Assembly: GCA_002633005.1 (NCBI GenBank)
Contig: NMRA01000461.1
Span: 232,864-296,863 of the forward strand
DNA from: Phoronis australis
Lineage: Eukaryota; Animalia; Phoronida
Direction of reading: 5' to 3'
Length of the DNA: 64,000 nt
The notes below the pieces were generated by a model. It saw nothing but the letters and a program-made list of their open reading frames with translations, was not told the DNA's origin and did no database searches. Shown here one piece after another: positions 24,370 through 38,100 of this stretch (position 1 is its first letter; every line of letters starts with the position of its first letter). The position numbers and the translations under genes were made by a program.

Positions 24370-26562
24370 TTAAATGTGGTTTTGCTATACAGTGTACCTA
24401 ATTTCTAGTCTAACAAAACCAGGCACGCGATTAGTATCGCCAGAACCTACACAAGGACCTAACTAAAATCTAGCTTAAGTCACGTGTTAAAATATACGGA
24501 AATATCTCACGTATTTTCACGATGTCTTGCTTTAAGCGAGGACCTAGCAGGCTAGGAGGCAGGCTTCCGGGCTTTTAAATCACGTGGGTAAATGCAAGTT
24601 AGGTTTAAAAGTAGACCAGGTTTAGGAAGACCAGATGATGTTACGTGTAATGACACTATAAATATACATGTAGTTGTCTTGGCCAAACGTCAGACCACGC
24701 ATCACACGGTCTGGTATCCCGTGGGTCTGAAGCTTGGTGTGGCGGTTGCCGCGAACAGGAATTATTGCATAGAAATTTAACTTAGGACAAGTTTAAAAAT
24801 TTTTTTCTTAAAAAGACCTGCCTGAAGACGATAGTAAGAAATGGTAATCAACCACCATGAAAAATATTTATTATGTCATGGGTTGGAGACATCGGATATT
24901 TTGACGAAATGAAGCCGAAGCCGCTAGACGACACAAGCAGAATTCGCATTGCGTGTAATCCTCATCTTAATCGCGTTCAAAAGACAGCCCATATTTTATG
25001 GTTTCAAAAACCCTAAGCTCGTGACAAGTATAAATTTTTTGATAAGGGTGTTGCCGGCTTGAATGGGGCGTGAACAGCTTTGATACCTCTGTTGCATGTA
25101 CATGTACGTAGGCACTAGATGTTAAAAACCATCTTTCATCATTATGGGAATGGTGCTGAAGGAACCTCTCTCATTAATACAAGTTAACTGATGAAAATAA
25201 TCTGATTTTACCTCAAGCTGCTTTAAAACGTCACAAAAATCAACACCTGTTAAGGTGTCAATTCTAGCACTTAGTTTGGGAAAGATTATTCATTTTATTT
25301 AAACACTTAAAGATTTTCTGTGAGTGTAAGAGTATTAGCGTTAGCGGGCTTAATGCTAGACATGGGGAGTTGCCCTGGTGACACATAATTAAGTTAGGAA
25401 AAACATCTCGTAAAAGTTGTGCTGTTATCAATACTAAAAGTATTATTTGCTATTGTCATCCATTTTTCTTTATCTTATTTCATTTTTGTTGTTATAGTTA
25501 TTTCACCACACACAAAAAGGATGTTGATCATACCACGAAGTACATACATGTACATGTACAGTCAATGTGTCCTTCTTATCAAACCTCAAATTCACACACA
25601 CAGATCTTTTCATGAATCTACGTTTCACGTGTGTAGCTGTAGTGAACATAGTCCTCAATCAAATTATACTGGTACTGTTTCCATCATAGTAGAGCGTGGA
25701 GTCAATTGTTGTGCAAAAAATGTGGCAGAGAACGCAGTGGCTTTGGAATGTAGTATACAGTAGCTCCTGGGCAACACGTCTCACATTGCTGTTCGAGCTT
25801 CAGCAAAAAAATGTGCTGGCCCGCCAAATCCAGATAGACTTATGTCTGAAAGTCAACTGGCACCACCGCAAAATCAATGGCCCCGAGTCTGTTCTCACAC
25901 TGTGTTGTCTTCCAGAAAATGGACTCTAACCACGCTTCTCTTTCAATGTATCCACCCTGTATTGGACGTAAATTGAAATGATGTTAGACTGGGTTTACGA
26001 AGGGTAAGTCTATTATGAACAGTTCGTAGACAGAAAAGTTCATCAACCTTCCCCCAATAGAATCGTTTCTCCCTCGATTCGAATTACGAAGATGGATTGT
26101 TTAACTAATAATCGGGATTTTTTTAATATTTCTTTTACAATGAGACAATTCCAATCTTGAGTTTTGTAGTAACCCGTAACTGTAAAATAGGAAAGAAAAA
26201 CAAGTACACTCAGTGGTCTCTACAGTTTTAACGTGTAGCTTCACCAGGGCAGAGATCACTAAAGCAAAACTTTTGCCAAAACCACGCATTCTCATTTGAA
26301 ATGCACGGCAACATCTCACGTAATAATGGGCGGTCTTGCTTTTCAGTGTCTTTCGCCCATAACAAAGAATGCCTGCCAGGTCGAGTCCAGTTAGGTCTTT
26401 CTCAAGGATTTGAATTTTTACTGACTATTATGTGACATAAGACGCACAGAAACATGAAAGTGTCGCGAAAGAAGATATGAATGCGGTTCTAGACGGGCTA
26501 AACTGATTGTCTTGAAACCCACTCTATCTTCACACCCCTGGACCCCCTCGACCCACAACCCC

Positions 26563-29193
26563 CCAGTTGCGGATCTACGTTTTCAGTAAGGGGGGATTAG
26601 GATTCCCGCACGGGTCAGGCGCGTGGCGCCGTGTTGGGCTGTTTCCCCCTCCCGTGTAAGACATGTTTTCTTTTTGTAGCCAAATAGTGAAATTTCAATG
26701 CATCCTGGTAAGTTTCGGGCACTTAACATGTCTCTTTTGTTTTTTCTTCAGATATTTAAAAACCCATCTCGATTTCGTCACATGAACTTATTATGCACAT
26801 CTGGGTATGAGTCGCGCCACCAGCAAAAAAAATTGTTGGAACATCTGCTTACACACACCTGTTTAGTATACGAAAACTCGTATACGATAAAGTGTGGTGT
26901 GTATGCAGGGGTTTAGAAAATTTCCAAATATTCAAGAGCATAAGGAGTACCCACGGGGCGTAAAAACGTGAATATCAGATGATCGTGTAACAGCAACCTC
27001 AAGTTGTTTACGAACGAAGGACTTGTCTTGTTACGAGAAAAACTGGCGAACGATGGTGCTCTCAGGTCATAGTCTATTATTAAAAGCGACAATAAATAAT
27101 TAAGTATCACTTTATTAAGATGAATCATGTTGACAAAAATTGAAAAACGTCAAATGTATCAGGAAACAAATCATCTGAAAAAAGTTTCACGAAACCAAAA
27201 CGTTCTGTGCACAGTGGTGAAAAGATATACTGGACTGGGTTGCAGAGGTACCAGAAGTACACTGACACTTAACATCTACACGAATCAAGCTGGCCTGGTC
27301 CGTTGCGAGACCTAAAGTGTACTATGCAAAAATTTTAACTGAAAACTTCTCTCTAGACACTTTTTAATCCCCAGTCGTTACTCATACGTTTGTCCTTAAC
27401 CCTTTTGTTGTCTATACTGCCGAGGAATATGTAAATCAGATCCAATGATTTGCTCCTCTTGGAACCATTCTACCCAGATATCTTCGATATTTGTTCCCAA
27501 AACTTGCACTTCGTTAACTGCTGTGTGAATGAGCTTGTAAGCCTGTACAATGTCAGGTTCTCGTTTCGCAGCTCAGTTGGCACTAAGACCCTTAAGGTTG
27601 CCAAGTCCATTCAAAAGACTTACATGCGCAACTAAATTTGATCCGTTCATCATGGGCTATTTCAAACCTTGACGATGTATCCCAGCTAGGACCTATTTGC
27701 ATCTCTTGCAATTTTCGAAATAAACTCCCCATTGTCTGAACGCTTGAAACCCGAAGTACTAACATCAAATAAATGCCCATGGGCATGAGCGTTTCATCGG
27801 GTGGGCCTTTTTGCAGAAATTCCCAGTATAGAAGACGACAGTGTGCTTATTGGAGGTAGACAGACTGTAGAAGTTGAGGTCGGAATTAGGGCTCCTTAGG
27901 AGGCCTATTGAACATCGCACGAGTCCCTCAAGACTTTGTTGTGAAAGAACAGCCTTCCGGTTAATGTACATTGTTCGCGAATGCTATCATGTTTGTCAAT
28001 GTGAGTGCCCCCTTGGTCATTCCTTGGATAGACATAACTTGTTAGAGTGTATCTTCAAACGGAATCGCGACCAGGCCACGGCGCCCGCCACAATACCAAT
28101 TCTTCGGAAAAAGAATTGTTTTTCAAAAATATATTACATCTATATGTATACTGTATGATATTGCGCAAGACAACTTTAATATACACCAGTTAAAAACGTG
28201 TGGAGTGTAATAGAATGACACGGCATGACAGATGAAGTAAAACGTTGCACNTGCATCTCTTGCAATTTTCGAAATAAACTCCCCAATGTCTGAACGCTTG
28301 AAACCCGAAGTACTAACATCAAATAAATGCCCATGGGCATGAGCGTTTCATCGGGTGGGCCTTTTTGCAGAAATTCCCAGTATAGAAGACGACAGTGTGC
28401 TTAATGGAGGTAGACAGACTGTAGAAGTTGAGGTCGGAATTAGGGCTCCTTAGGAGGCCTATTGAACATCGCACGAGTCCCTCAAGACTTTTTTGTGAAA
28501 GAACAGCCTTCCGATTAATGTACATTGTTCGCGAATGCTATCATGTTTGTCAATGTGAGTGCCCCCTTGGTCATTCCTTGGATAGACATAACTTGTTAGA
28601 GTGTATCTTCAAACGGAATCGCGACCAGACCACGGCGCCCGCCACAATACCAATTCTTCGGAAAAAGAATTGTTTTTCAAAAATATATTACATCTATATG
28701 TATACTGTATGATATTGCGCAAGACAACTTTAATATACACCAGTTAAAAACGTGTGGAGTGTAATAGAATGACACGGCATGACAGATGAAGTAAAACGTT
28801 GCACATCAATTCGCTTGAATATCAGGGTTGCGGCACAACTGTATTTCCCCTAATCAAATCAAAACATAACTCAGAGTAAAGAAGCTAGTTACCTAAAGAA
28901 ATCAGCTATAGAACTGCTCTTTCAGCGGTGGATCCATCAAAACAATTAGCTACTTCAGAAGTGTCGACGGAAGCGCGCGTTTTGCCGATGAGCCAGGAAG
29001 ACTCACCAATTTACAATGAAAGAAATTATATTTTCAGAGAGACCCCCTCTCAATTTTTTTCAAGTTGGTTTACTTGGTGTTTACACACGCTAGCGGTGCC
29101 GTTTTTGTTTTGCTGGAGAGGTTTTATTATTTTTTGGTTCCTTGCCCAAGGGGGGGTTTAAACCCCCTGAACCCCCCCTTAGATACGCCACTG
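26563..29193 (-). mobile_element. Decayed hAT element with transposase remnant
   Basis: TIRs CAGTTGCGGATCTA / TAGATACGCCACTG interrupt a cccTcgacccac low-complexity repeat. Minus strand about 27400-27650 gives LGNLKGLSAN*..DIVQAYKLIHTAVNEV...IEDIWVEWF...IPRQYRQQ, like PRKRIR/ZMYM1-type hAT transposases. Confidence 0.6.
27698..28804. other. 553-bp near-identical tandem duplication split by a single N (probable assembly artefact)
   Basis: 27698-28250 and 28252-28804 differ at only a few positions; N at 28251. Confidence 0.85.
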
Positions 29194-29652
29194 AACCCTC
29201 GATCCACGACCCATAACCCACGACCGCTTCTACCCACAACCTGTGAAAATAGAGGTATCTGTACGCTTTTTACGTATTTCGTATTCTTACTACGTCACTG
29301 GGCGACTTTCCCATAAGCATACCTACACGCGAGTCTGATCTGGCTGGAGGTTGGTGATTGATAACAGAAATAGGCGGGAGAACGTCGGTGGTCATGAATA
29401 ATTCATTGTGAACGCTATAGCGTAGTCACGCTTATATTTCTACGAGCGGCTTTTAATGGTACAGATCTAATAAACATAGTACGTTAACGTAAATGTACAT
29501 AGTTTCATATTTTTAATATTTGCTTTCTATTGTATACTTGCTTAGAATACATTCCATATTGTGTTGAAATACTTTTTAGTAAACGGTTTGTTTTTTTCAA
29601 ACTCTACTTGCTGGTGAAATTACAGTATTGTCGGTTCCTCGCACTATGCAAT

Positions 29653-31577
29653 AGCGGAGTTTCAACGCCGCCATATTGGAAATGGGTCAGAATGTTGCAT
29701 TGTGGTTAAGCCGGTAAACAAGGTGAGTCGGCAAGCGTGGGGGCGATCCGGCCACAGGGAGGTTATACGTGTTGTGTGCCTGGCTGCTATAATACCAGTT
29801 AACGAGATCAAGAATTTAATTATACTGTTTCCCAAGGATCAAGAACTGCGTTAAACTTGGTCAGACATATCGGTAGAGCTTGTAGCAAAGGCCGTCTTAT
29901 TGAATTCTTTCGACTTCGTAGCATAAAGTATGCAGCGCTCATTTTGAGGACATTAAGAAAACGTATCTTAGAAACTGCCCAACAATATTTCCCTTAAAAA
30001 AACAGTAACAAACACTCCACGGTGGTTGGTAGTGAAAAAAAATGTTTTGCTTGACATGAGCAATTTTGAGGATAATCACGGTATCTGCACAATCACCTGC
30101 TGTTTCGACTCACTTAACATACCCACATACATGTATGCATTGACGGGCTAAGATAAAGTGTGGTGCATTGCTATCAAAATTTGTTGTCAAATTACGATCA
30201 TTTTCAGAAAATTGTGCTGAAATCCCAGGGCGAAATCTCGCCGACAAATGCGTAGCTGTTGATCTCGCAATCGTCGATTGGGCTTGAATTCTTGAATAAG
30301 GATACAGCTTCGACTCAACGAACTACCTGAAATCCTCCTCAAGTTTTCCAAATAGCGTGCCTAAGATTTTTAAGTTCTTGTGGAGTCTGGATTAACTGCA
30401 GATTAAGTCCAAATCTGGGCAAGATTGTAGCCCGCAACACCAGAACAATCTCTGGAGGAACACTCGTGTTGTTGTCACGTGACGCTTGTTTTGAAGTTTG
30501 TATGCGTGTGCGTGAGAGTAAGCGTGCGTGTCCTTGTCATCAGAGTTCATTTGCCAGAGTAAATGCGATGTAATGATCTAGGTGTGCATTGTATCCAAAG
30601 AAATTAACTCAAGCATTTAAGCAGGGCGTGTTTTAATATTTAGCTTAACACTTGATGACCTCATCTGCTAAAAACGTTCTAGAGTTGTTTCGGTAAGACC
30701 GATATGTCACACACTGAGTCATCGGCTGAGTGGATGCGTGACCGTAGTGTAACAGATTCTGGGTGTAAGGGTGCGAATGTGTTCACTATCAGTTGGTCAT
30801 TTTGACTTTAAAAACACCAATGATGATTAGTTAAATAATTTCTCTTAGAAATAATGAAAAAGTTTTTAAGGTACTTTCGAAAATTAGTGCCATTATTTAT
30901 TTCTTGCCGATGCTATGTTAGCTGTTTCATGAATAGATAATTACAGACTAAATGTCTTCGATGACAGCCGGTACATTATGCAGCGCACGTTTCTTGGCAG
31001 CGTGCTAACACTGGTCGATTTTTTTATTAGTCTTCGATTCACGGTTTTCACGTGTACAAAAAAGTGTGGATTCCTGTTGAGGTCGGTAAAGATCTGGACC
31101 GGAAAGAAACAATGCAATCCCGCTGACAACTTGAGTACGCTGCGTCTGTTTTTAAAGTCCAGACCCACGAAGTGGGGCACATCCCTCGCAAGAGCAGCAA
31201 GAACGTTTGCGTTCTTTTTGCATCGCGGCGTAAGTTTGAAGTGTATACGGACATAACGGTGGTCTACAAATTCAGGACTGGCGGATCTTTCAAGTGACAA
31301 ATTGTAGACGTTAGAACTGTTGGTAAGGCATTTTTCGCATGTAGTTCATGTACTGGGCGCTTACTTTAGCAAAGTCTGACAACGCGTTGGGGCACTTTTT
31401 GGGGCATGGGCGAATAGCGGCAGAATTACATACAGCAGCGTAGTTTAATACACACAAATCCCACGTCGTGCAAACCAACCGGCGATTCCATATACCCTAC
31501 TCAATCCCAATAGCCTTTTGTGCACTCTATTTTCCGGACATGCGCAATCGTTACATCGATTCGGTTGCAACTCCGCT
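29653..31577 (+). mobile_element. ISL2EU/PIF-Harbinger-related non-autonomous element with THAP pseudogene
   Basis: TIRs AGCGGAGTTTCAAC / GTTGCAACTCCGCT flanked by AT. About 29760-29995 reads YTCCVPGCYN..FPKDQELR*TW..KVCSAHFEDIKKTYLRNCPTIFP with frameshifts. Confidence 0.72.
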
Positions 31578-33659
31578 ATTCACTGAAGAGCAGACGAGAC
31601 GATTACACTCTGCGGGGAACGACATTTGTAAGGTTGGAGGGTCTTTGATTTGATTTGGTCGCGTTGTTTTTTTTCTGTTTTTGTCCTTCAAACTTGCCAA
31701 CGTGACTGCCTTGATTGCACAAAAAGGGAAAAGCCAGCAGAGCTCACGACCCAACTCAATGGCCCTACAAGTCAGCGCTTGTTCTATGTTCAGATCGAGT
31801 TGATCTTGTGCAGACTGGGTTGACGAGGTTGTGGGCCGTGGGTGGAGGGTCGTGGGGCTTTGACTAAAGGGATATCAGGTCGAGGGGTGTGAAAGTCGGG
31901 GATGTTACAGAATAATCCCTTGACAACTAACCATTAAACGAAAGTGCACAGTGAGATTATGCCATTCTTTTCCAATACAATGAGATAAAGGTTAACCCAG
32001 ATAATCATCTGACCTGATACGCTCCCCGAACATTTTTTTACGACATAGACCGCCTTTGTTTACAATTGAATTTTAATCCAAAATGCGATTATCTCCTAAC
32101 GGCGTTTTCCCGTTGATACCAACTTGTTCGATTCTATAGCCCAAGAACAAGTTGGGAAGATGACCCCTGTAGCCAATATCTTACACGACTGGCTAACTTC
32201 ATTCTGGTATTCATGGTTCGAGGGGCAACTCTCTTTTGTTCGATAATTACTCTAATCTCCAATTTGGCAACACATAGCCTCTCGGCTGGCCGGTTAGGGG
32301 CTACAGTAATTCCCATCGCTTTCTGCATGAATTTCGTCCCTTTTTAAAAAACGGGTGGTAAGGCAAAGCCGGTCACCGATTTAGAGTTTTCATCTCGTCA
32401 AATATACATTCTACACACAAAACTATCACTTAAAGATGAGCTTACTTTATTCAGTGATCATTTCTGCACACATCTTCGATGAAGGATATCTACTAGACTT
32501 AAAGTTACTGGAGAAGAATTTCAACTTCACTTTTTGGTCAACGTTAAATTTTTCACCGCACCCGATAACCTCGAAGTATTTCAACTGAGTCATCTTAGGT
32601 AGGCAAAAGCTAGCACGATACTGAGGCGAAGCCAATGTCTTGGCACGTGAAACTTGCAAAATAGCATTGGAATGTATCAGGTGGATATTGTGAGTTTTGT
32701 GTTCTTTGGACTTTTTGTTCGTTAACAGGCCTGATTTCTCCTAACTTCCGCAAAATAGCACTCGGTGAGAGAAACTTGGGCGAACTGCGATAGATTTTCA
32801 TGGATATGTTCAATTTATGTTAACTTAATTGTATTAAGAGTCCCGATATGTGTTAATTGTAACTCCAAGTGCATTTATGCATGTTTAATTCGATTCTATT
32901 TGTTGTATTTTGAAATGCGTTAACTTTTTTGAGCATGTGATATTGCCCCTGCGGCATACAGGGCGATGCCTAATCTCCAATAAGACCGTATTGCCTTATT
33001 GGGCTGTGTTGTTAAAAATAAAAGTTAAGTTATACCATATTTGAACATAAACCAAAAGCATTTCTGAAATCTTTGTCAAATGGTGTTCCTGTTTAGTTTT
33101 TAAATCGCCAAAATCGCCCAACTAAAACCGAAGTTACGACAATCTATTATTTCCGTACGTATCAATTCGCTTTGGGTGTGACTGTGTTCACAGGTGACCT
33201 GCAAAAATCCTGGTAGATTATTAGCCTGCCTGTTGTCATACCAGACAAAAGACTGTGCTTGACAATGAACAAAGAAGCTAGATGCAATCACAAGCCAGCA
33301 TGTACTGTTTATGAACATAGCAGAAATTCATGGCTCCACACAAGAACGAAAGAAAAGAAACGAAGTCAACAATTGCAACACGTGGACAAGCGTGCAAACA
33401 TATTCCTTGACTATGTGCCTGGTGGAAAGACATGGAGGTTTATCGCCGCTATTTCAGCTTGATTGATTTTTGACTGTTGAGACTTAACTTCATCATAACT
33501 GCACGTCTGATGATTGAAAACAAAACAGAAGATGCAAGCGAGTGTCTGTGAAGCTACGTGTTCAATGTAGCCAATAAAAACTACTGTCGTGTTTTTGGTC
33601 ACGTATATGGCTGTTTTTCTCACTACTTCAATACTTTGTACACATCTCTTTGTGGTTTC

Positions 33660-33840
33660 AAACGTAATCCCAGACGACACCTGTCTGTCATTTCTGTTGT
33701 ATGTTATTGCGAAAAAGACTCAATTAACAGCTGCTAGTATAAATAGTAATGCACAGAACGTTTTTGATTGGATAAATTCTAATAAATTATCGCCCGACAT
33801 AAGTAAAATTGAGTTGTTTAAATCTCGTGAAGCTGATATC
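33660..33840 (+). mobile_element. CR1/L2-like reverse transcriptase fragment
   Basis: IPDDTCL...INSNAQNVFDWINSNKLSPDISKIE matches the YADDT...W...NKL.LN..KT motif. Confidence 0.6.
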
Positions 33841-34067
33841 CAAAGAACTGAAATACGTAATGCAATTAATTATACAGTTGTAAATTTCATTTTTGCGAAT
33901 TTTTATAAGCATCCTTCGAAAAAACACGTTTAGGAAATTTCACAACTGTTGGTGATCCCTCCATAATAATAGACTATTTCCCTAAACAAGCATTGCTGCT
34001 AGAGTATATCGCTCTGATGTCATACATGGTATCTAAATTTTGGCACATTACTACTGAACGGGAAGGG

Positions 34068-34194
34068 CAGTGGCGGATTTAGAGAAGCCAAGGGGGCCGT
34101 GCTCCCCTAAAATTTGGGGTACAAATGTCTGACGGACAAAATTCTGGCTAATAGTCTGCCCTGCTCCCAACTCAAAATCCTTGATCCGCTCCTG
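34068..34194. mobile_element. hAT-like mini-MITE
   Basis: CAGTGGCGGAT...ATCCGCTCCTG with exact 5-bp TSD AAGGG. Confidence 0.7.
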
Positions 34195-34955
34195 AAGGGG
34201 TTATCATAGTGTGAGACTGACGTCTTAACTGGGAAACAATTTGAGAACTTTTAACAAGTCACCATTGTCCAGAGCGTAACTTGAACCCAGCCTGAATAAC
34301 TGTCATTCCACGGGAGCACCAAAAGGTCGGCTTTTGGTGTCACTCCGTGTGATATATGTTCAAAATGTTTGTTTCGAAAAAAATTTGCCGTTATTTTTTA
34401 AGGTAGTTCTTCATGAACATGTTGGCCCATAATAGATCATTTTTAATCAAAATGGTAGAGTAGGTGAAGTAGTCTTAAAACACCTTAAATGGTCTTGAAA
34501 GAAAAAAAAATGTTGAGGATGTTTCTGCAGACATTGTACCTCTCTCAGACAACCGTTCTTGTCTTTTCAGAAGGGTTTCCGCTAGTCTTCATTCAAGTGC
34601 CACATTTCGGAAGAGACTTTGCAGTTTTGACCAAATGATATGTAATCATCAATCAAAAGAGTTGTGTGGAAAGTAAGACGACATTTTTGCCGTAAGTCTT
34701 ATACCACTTTTAAAGAAGAAACCTCTTGTTGTAAAAACGATTCCTTGAAACATAGCCCTGTGAAGTGTGAAATTACAAGCTGCTCCACCTTAATACTTTG
34801 AGATAGACTTAGTAATTTTTCAATCCTATATGATCACATATGATCCAAAACTAATGATCTATTTTCCTAATCCCTCAGATCATTTTGCTGACGTGTCTTG
34901 CTAGATGTATTTAAATAGTGCCCGAAGCCTTGTACATGTACGAAGCAGATCACGA

Positions 34956-35108
34956 ATGATGGTCAAAACTACGGCTATTCGGTGGTTACAGTTTGTTTTT
35001 GTAACAGCCGTGTTGCTAACTGCCTCAACCTGCCAACCGAATGGACAGAGTGGCACTGATGATAGTAACATCGACCTAGACAGACGAGATCGTCCTATGC
35101 AGGAAATG
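34956..35108 (+). CDS. Gene 2 probable first coding exon (signal peptide)
   Basis: MMVKTTAIRWLQFVFVTAVLLTASTC-QP has basic n-region, hydrophobic core and small residues at the cleavage site. Donor ATG|gtgaga. The rest of the 156-aa ORF runs into repeat sequence. Confidence 0.65.
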
Positions 35109-38100
35109 GTGAGATATACTTTCGGTTTGAAGGGACATTCTTGTCCAACATGTAATTTTGCACACATTTTGAGTGGTTCGAAATCAAACGAGTATTTCCG
35201 TTGCAGCCGAATAGGCAAAGAAAATGACCAAAATCACGAACAAGAGGTATCTGACACTGCCGGCGGGTATTGGGAATTTTTAAGCGAGGAGTGTCGCCCG
35301 AAAAAAATGAATACCTACCCGTTTAGAGAGTGTTCTCGAACAAAAAGTGACCCATTTAAAGACTTATATGTGTAAACATTCACATTTTCACACATTTCTA
35401 CTCCAGTAATTCAGGAAATTCACCTTTTAGATATAGTTTTGTCGAAAATGGCACCATTTTGGAGAGTATTTTTTTATTTAAAAACTACTCTTTTGGACTG
35501 CACTTTTCGTATACATCTTCTACAGGACTTGACACGGGCTGACAAGACATGAATTTGGCTACATATCATCGTTTATATTAGCATTACATTACTATCACTA
35601 CTGTTACTACTATTAATACTATTACTACTATAACTAGTATCACTCGTTATTATTTTCGTTATCGTTATAATTGTTATTATTATTATTAATAATATTTTTA
35701 AATTCATTTATTGAGGATACAACACATGTTTAGCAAAGTGCCCATCATGGTCCTCAAAGATTATAAAATTATCTCAATTATGTTTCAATGTTGTCAGCGG
35801 GCTTTCCATCAAGGATTTCGAGTACTGTCCCAAATGGATTTTAAAGGGGCTCCTACATGTATGTTCCGCTTCAACGATAATATTAGGAACGTCTTGACAG
35901 CTGTGAATGCAGAGTAGGCCTACTTTTTGGAAACGAGGACAATGGGATTTAAAATCTTGTCTAGGCGTGCACCAAGTTCAAAGATTTCTGACCTGTCGGC
36001 AGGCACTGAATTACTTGCAAATGTAAATATATCCATCTGTAATTTGCCACGAAGAATTGGATTTAGACCGCAATATTGCCTCTGACTTGTTGAAAATATT
36101 CCTTGTCAAAGAACTTCGGATTGTTCCACGATGATGTTTAAGATCAAATATTTTGTTAAGTTGAACTCTGGAGGCAGACATTTTTCGAGAACTAACGACT
36201 AGTCGGCTGCGGTCACCGGTCATCAGAATAGCTGGTAACGGACATACAAAACACGCAACGATTTTATGTGCAAAGAGCCCCAATATTCTTAAAAAAGCAC
36301 AGTGATTTGTCAGTTTGATTTGAACAAGGTTTCATTAAAAGTGGATTGCATGGAAGAAAAACCGCCAACGCCGATGTGAGCGATGTTTCATATGCACATT
36401 TAATACACAATGCATTAAAAATGATTCGTATACCAAGTTCCCTTATCTGCAAACTGTAACACAAAAAGTGGCGTCTCGTGAGACACGTGACTTCACGTCC
36501 ATTAATAATAGAATGTCCAACATTTGTCCTCATTTACATGTATATGTATTTCGAACTGACGACCATTGCCTAAATATCAATTTCAATTCACATTTTATCT
36601 TTAAATATAATGGAAAGAGAACGTGCATGTTTTTATAGTCCGAAAGGCCGAGAGTCAGCTTTTTTGAATATTGCCCCTTTAAACTATCGACCTAGACCAG
36701 GCGTGAGCAAAATGATCATGTCCCTTCGGAGTGCAATTTTTTTCTATCTCCCCATTTTACGTATACATGTCACGGTTTGACCTGTTTTTACCACCACTAT
36801 TTCAGACAAGCTTGACATTATAGGAACAAGGGTATTTCTTTAGTCACTAAGCCGCCACTTTTGAAACTAGTGGCTCGGCCTTCTCAAAGTCGATATTTTG
36901 CTGTTACTTCGGCAAAATCTCTCAACCTGCTGGCAAATAAATGCGTGCTTTTATTTCCTTTTCCCACAATGTCTTTAAGAATTCCATTTGTAACTAAAGT
37001 GGCAGGTAGCACCCGCTGGTATCTGACATTTTGTGTGAAGCAGGGCAATTACTGCATTAGCAATGACTCCAAGGCCGAAATAATCCAAATTATTGTGGTC
37101 TTAACTGGTGTGTTTTTCTATTAAATCGCCTTCCTAAATTGAATTCTCCATGAAAAAATTGTTATTGTCTTTCGCTCCAAAAGAAATACGATACATATTA
37201 GCCAAATATGATGTCAACCTTGTTCTTACCAAGGGAAGCGTGTTTACTGTAATGTCGGATATACAATTGGTTTATGAGCGCCAACAAAAGCTTGGACGAA
37301 AACTGTATCAATAAAAAACTTGTTACCTGATCATGGAAACTCCTTTCGTATGGAGTTGAATCTGTACGCTGTGCATTTTTGACTATACCATAAAACTACT
37401 CATATTAAAGAACCATGGGAAGTACATAGGGACACATCTATCAAGACGACCTGGAACATTTGATAGAATTTTACTCACACAATCCAAGGAAGAAGGCTAT
37501 AAATCTGTGAACGGTTTTTCCTCCGTTGGCCAAATACCATGCAAACTTAAGAAATATGACGTTGCTTTCGTAAAATGTAACAATGGTACATTTTTCGCAT
37601 GTGCACTCGACGTAAATTGTAACAGTTTTATAAAATGTAACAACTTGCTACGTTTTAGCAGAGTCCCAGCAATTGTTACATTTTACGAAATTGTTACATT
37701 TTACGGCGTATCGCGCCACGCCTAGAAATAAAGCAGAGTATTTAACATGTGTTAAAACTCCGGAATTGTGTATAGTGAATGTCTCGAATGTAACGGCGAG
37801 AATTGGCGATATGTATGATGGGCCGTTGGGGGGAAACTGTCGCCGGAAAAATACGACCATAATTATGTACATTACGCCAATATTTAAGCCGTTAAATACG
37901 CCGTAAAATTACGGAGCGCAATTTAATTCTTTACGGCGTAAAATTACGCTCGTAATTTAGTTTAAACTCTTAGCCAATGACGTTCGATTTTATAACACAT
38001 GGTCATGCGCACTCATGTAAATACTTATTTACTGGAAGGTTTCATGTCTATGGTAAGATCGCTGAATCATGGAGGATCAAATCGTTACTGCAATATCAGC

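Noticed and set aside
25650-25960. Coding-looking segment
   Set aside because: Short frames interrupted by stops and no recognisable motif
27698-28804. 553-bp tandem direct repeat with duplicated ORFs (considered as LTR or KolobokP-type terminal direct repeats)
   Set aside because: The copies abut a single N and are nearly identical, typical of overlapping haplotype contig ends
34905-35375. 156-aa single-exon secreted protein or neuropeptide precursor
   Set aside because: A good donor follows 35108 and the 3' part is repeat sequence shared with 41345 onward; better explained as exon 1 of gene 2
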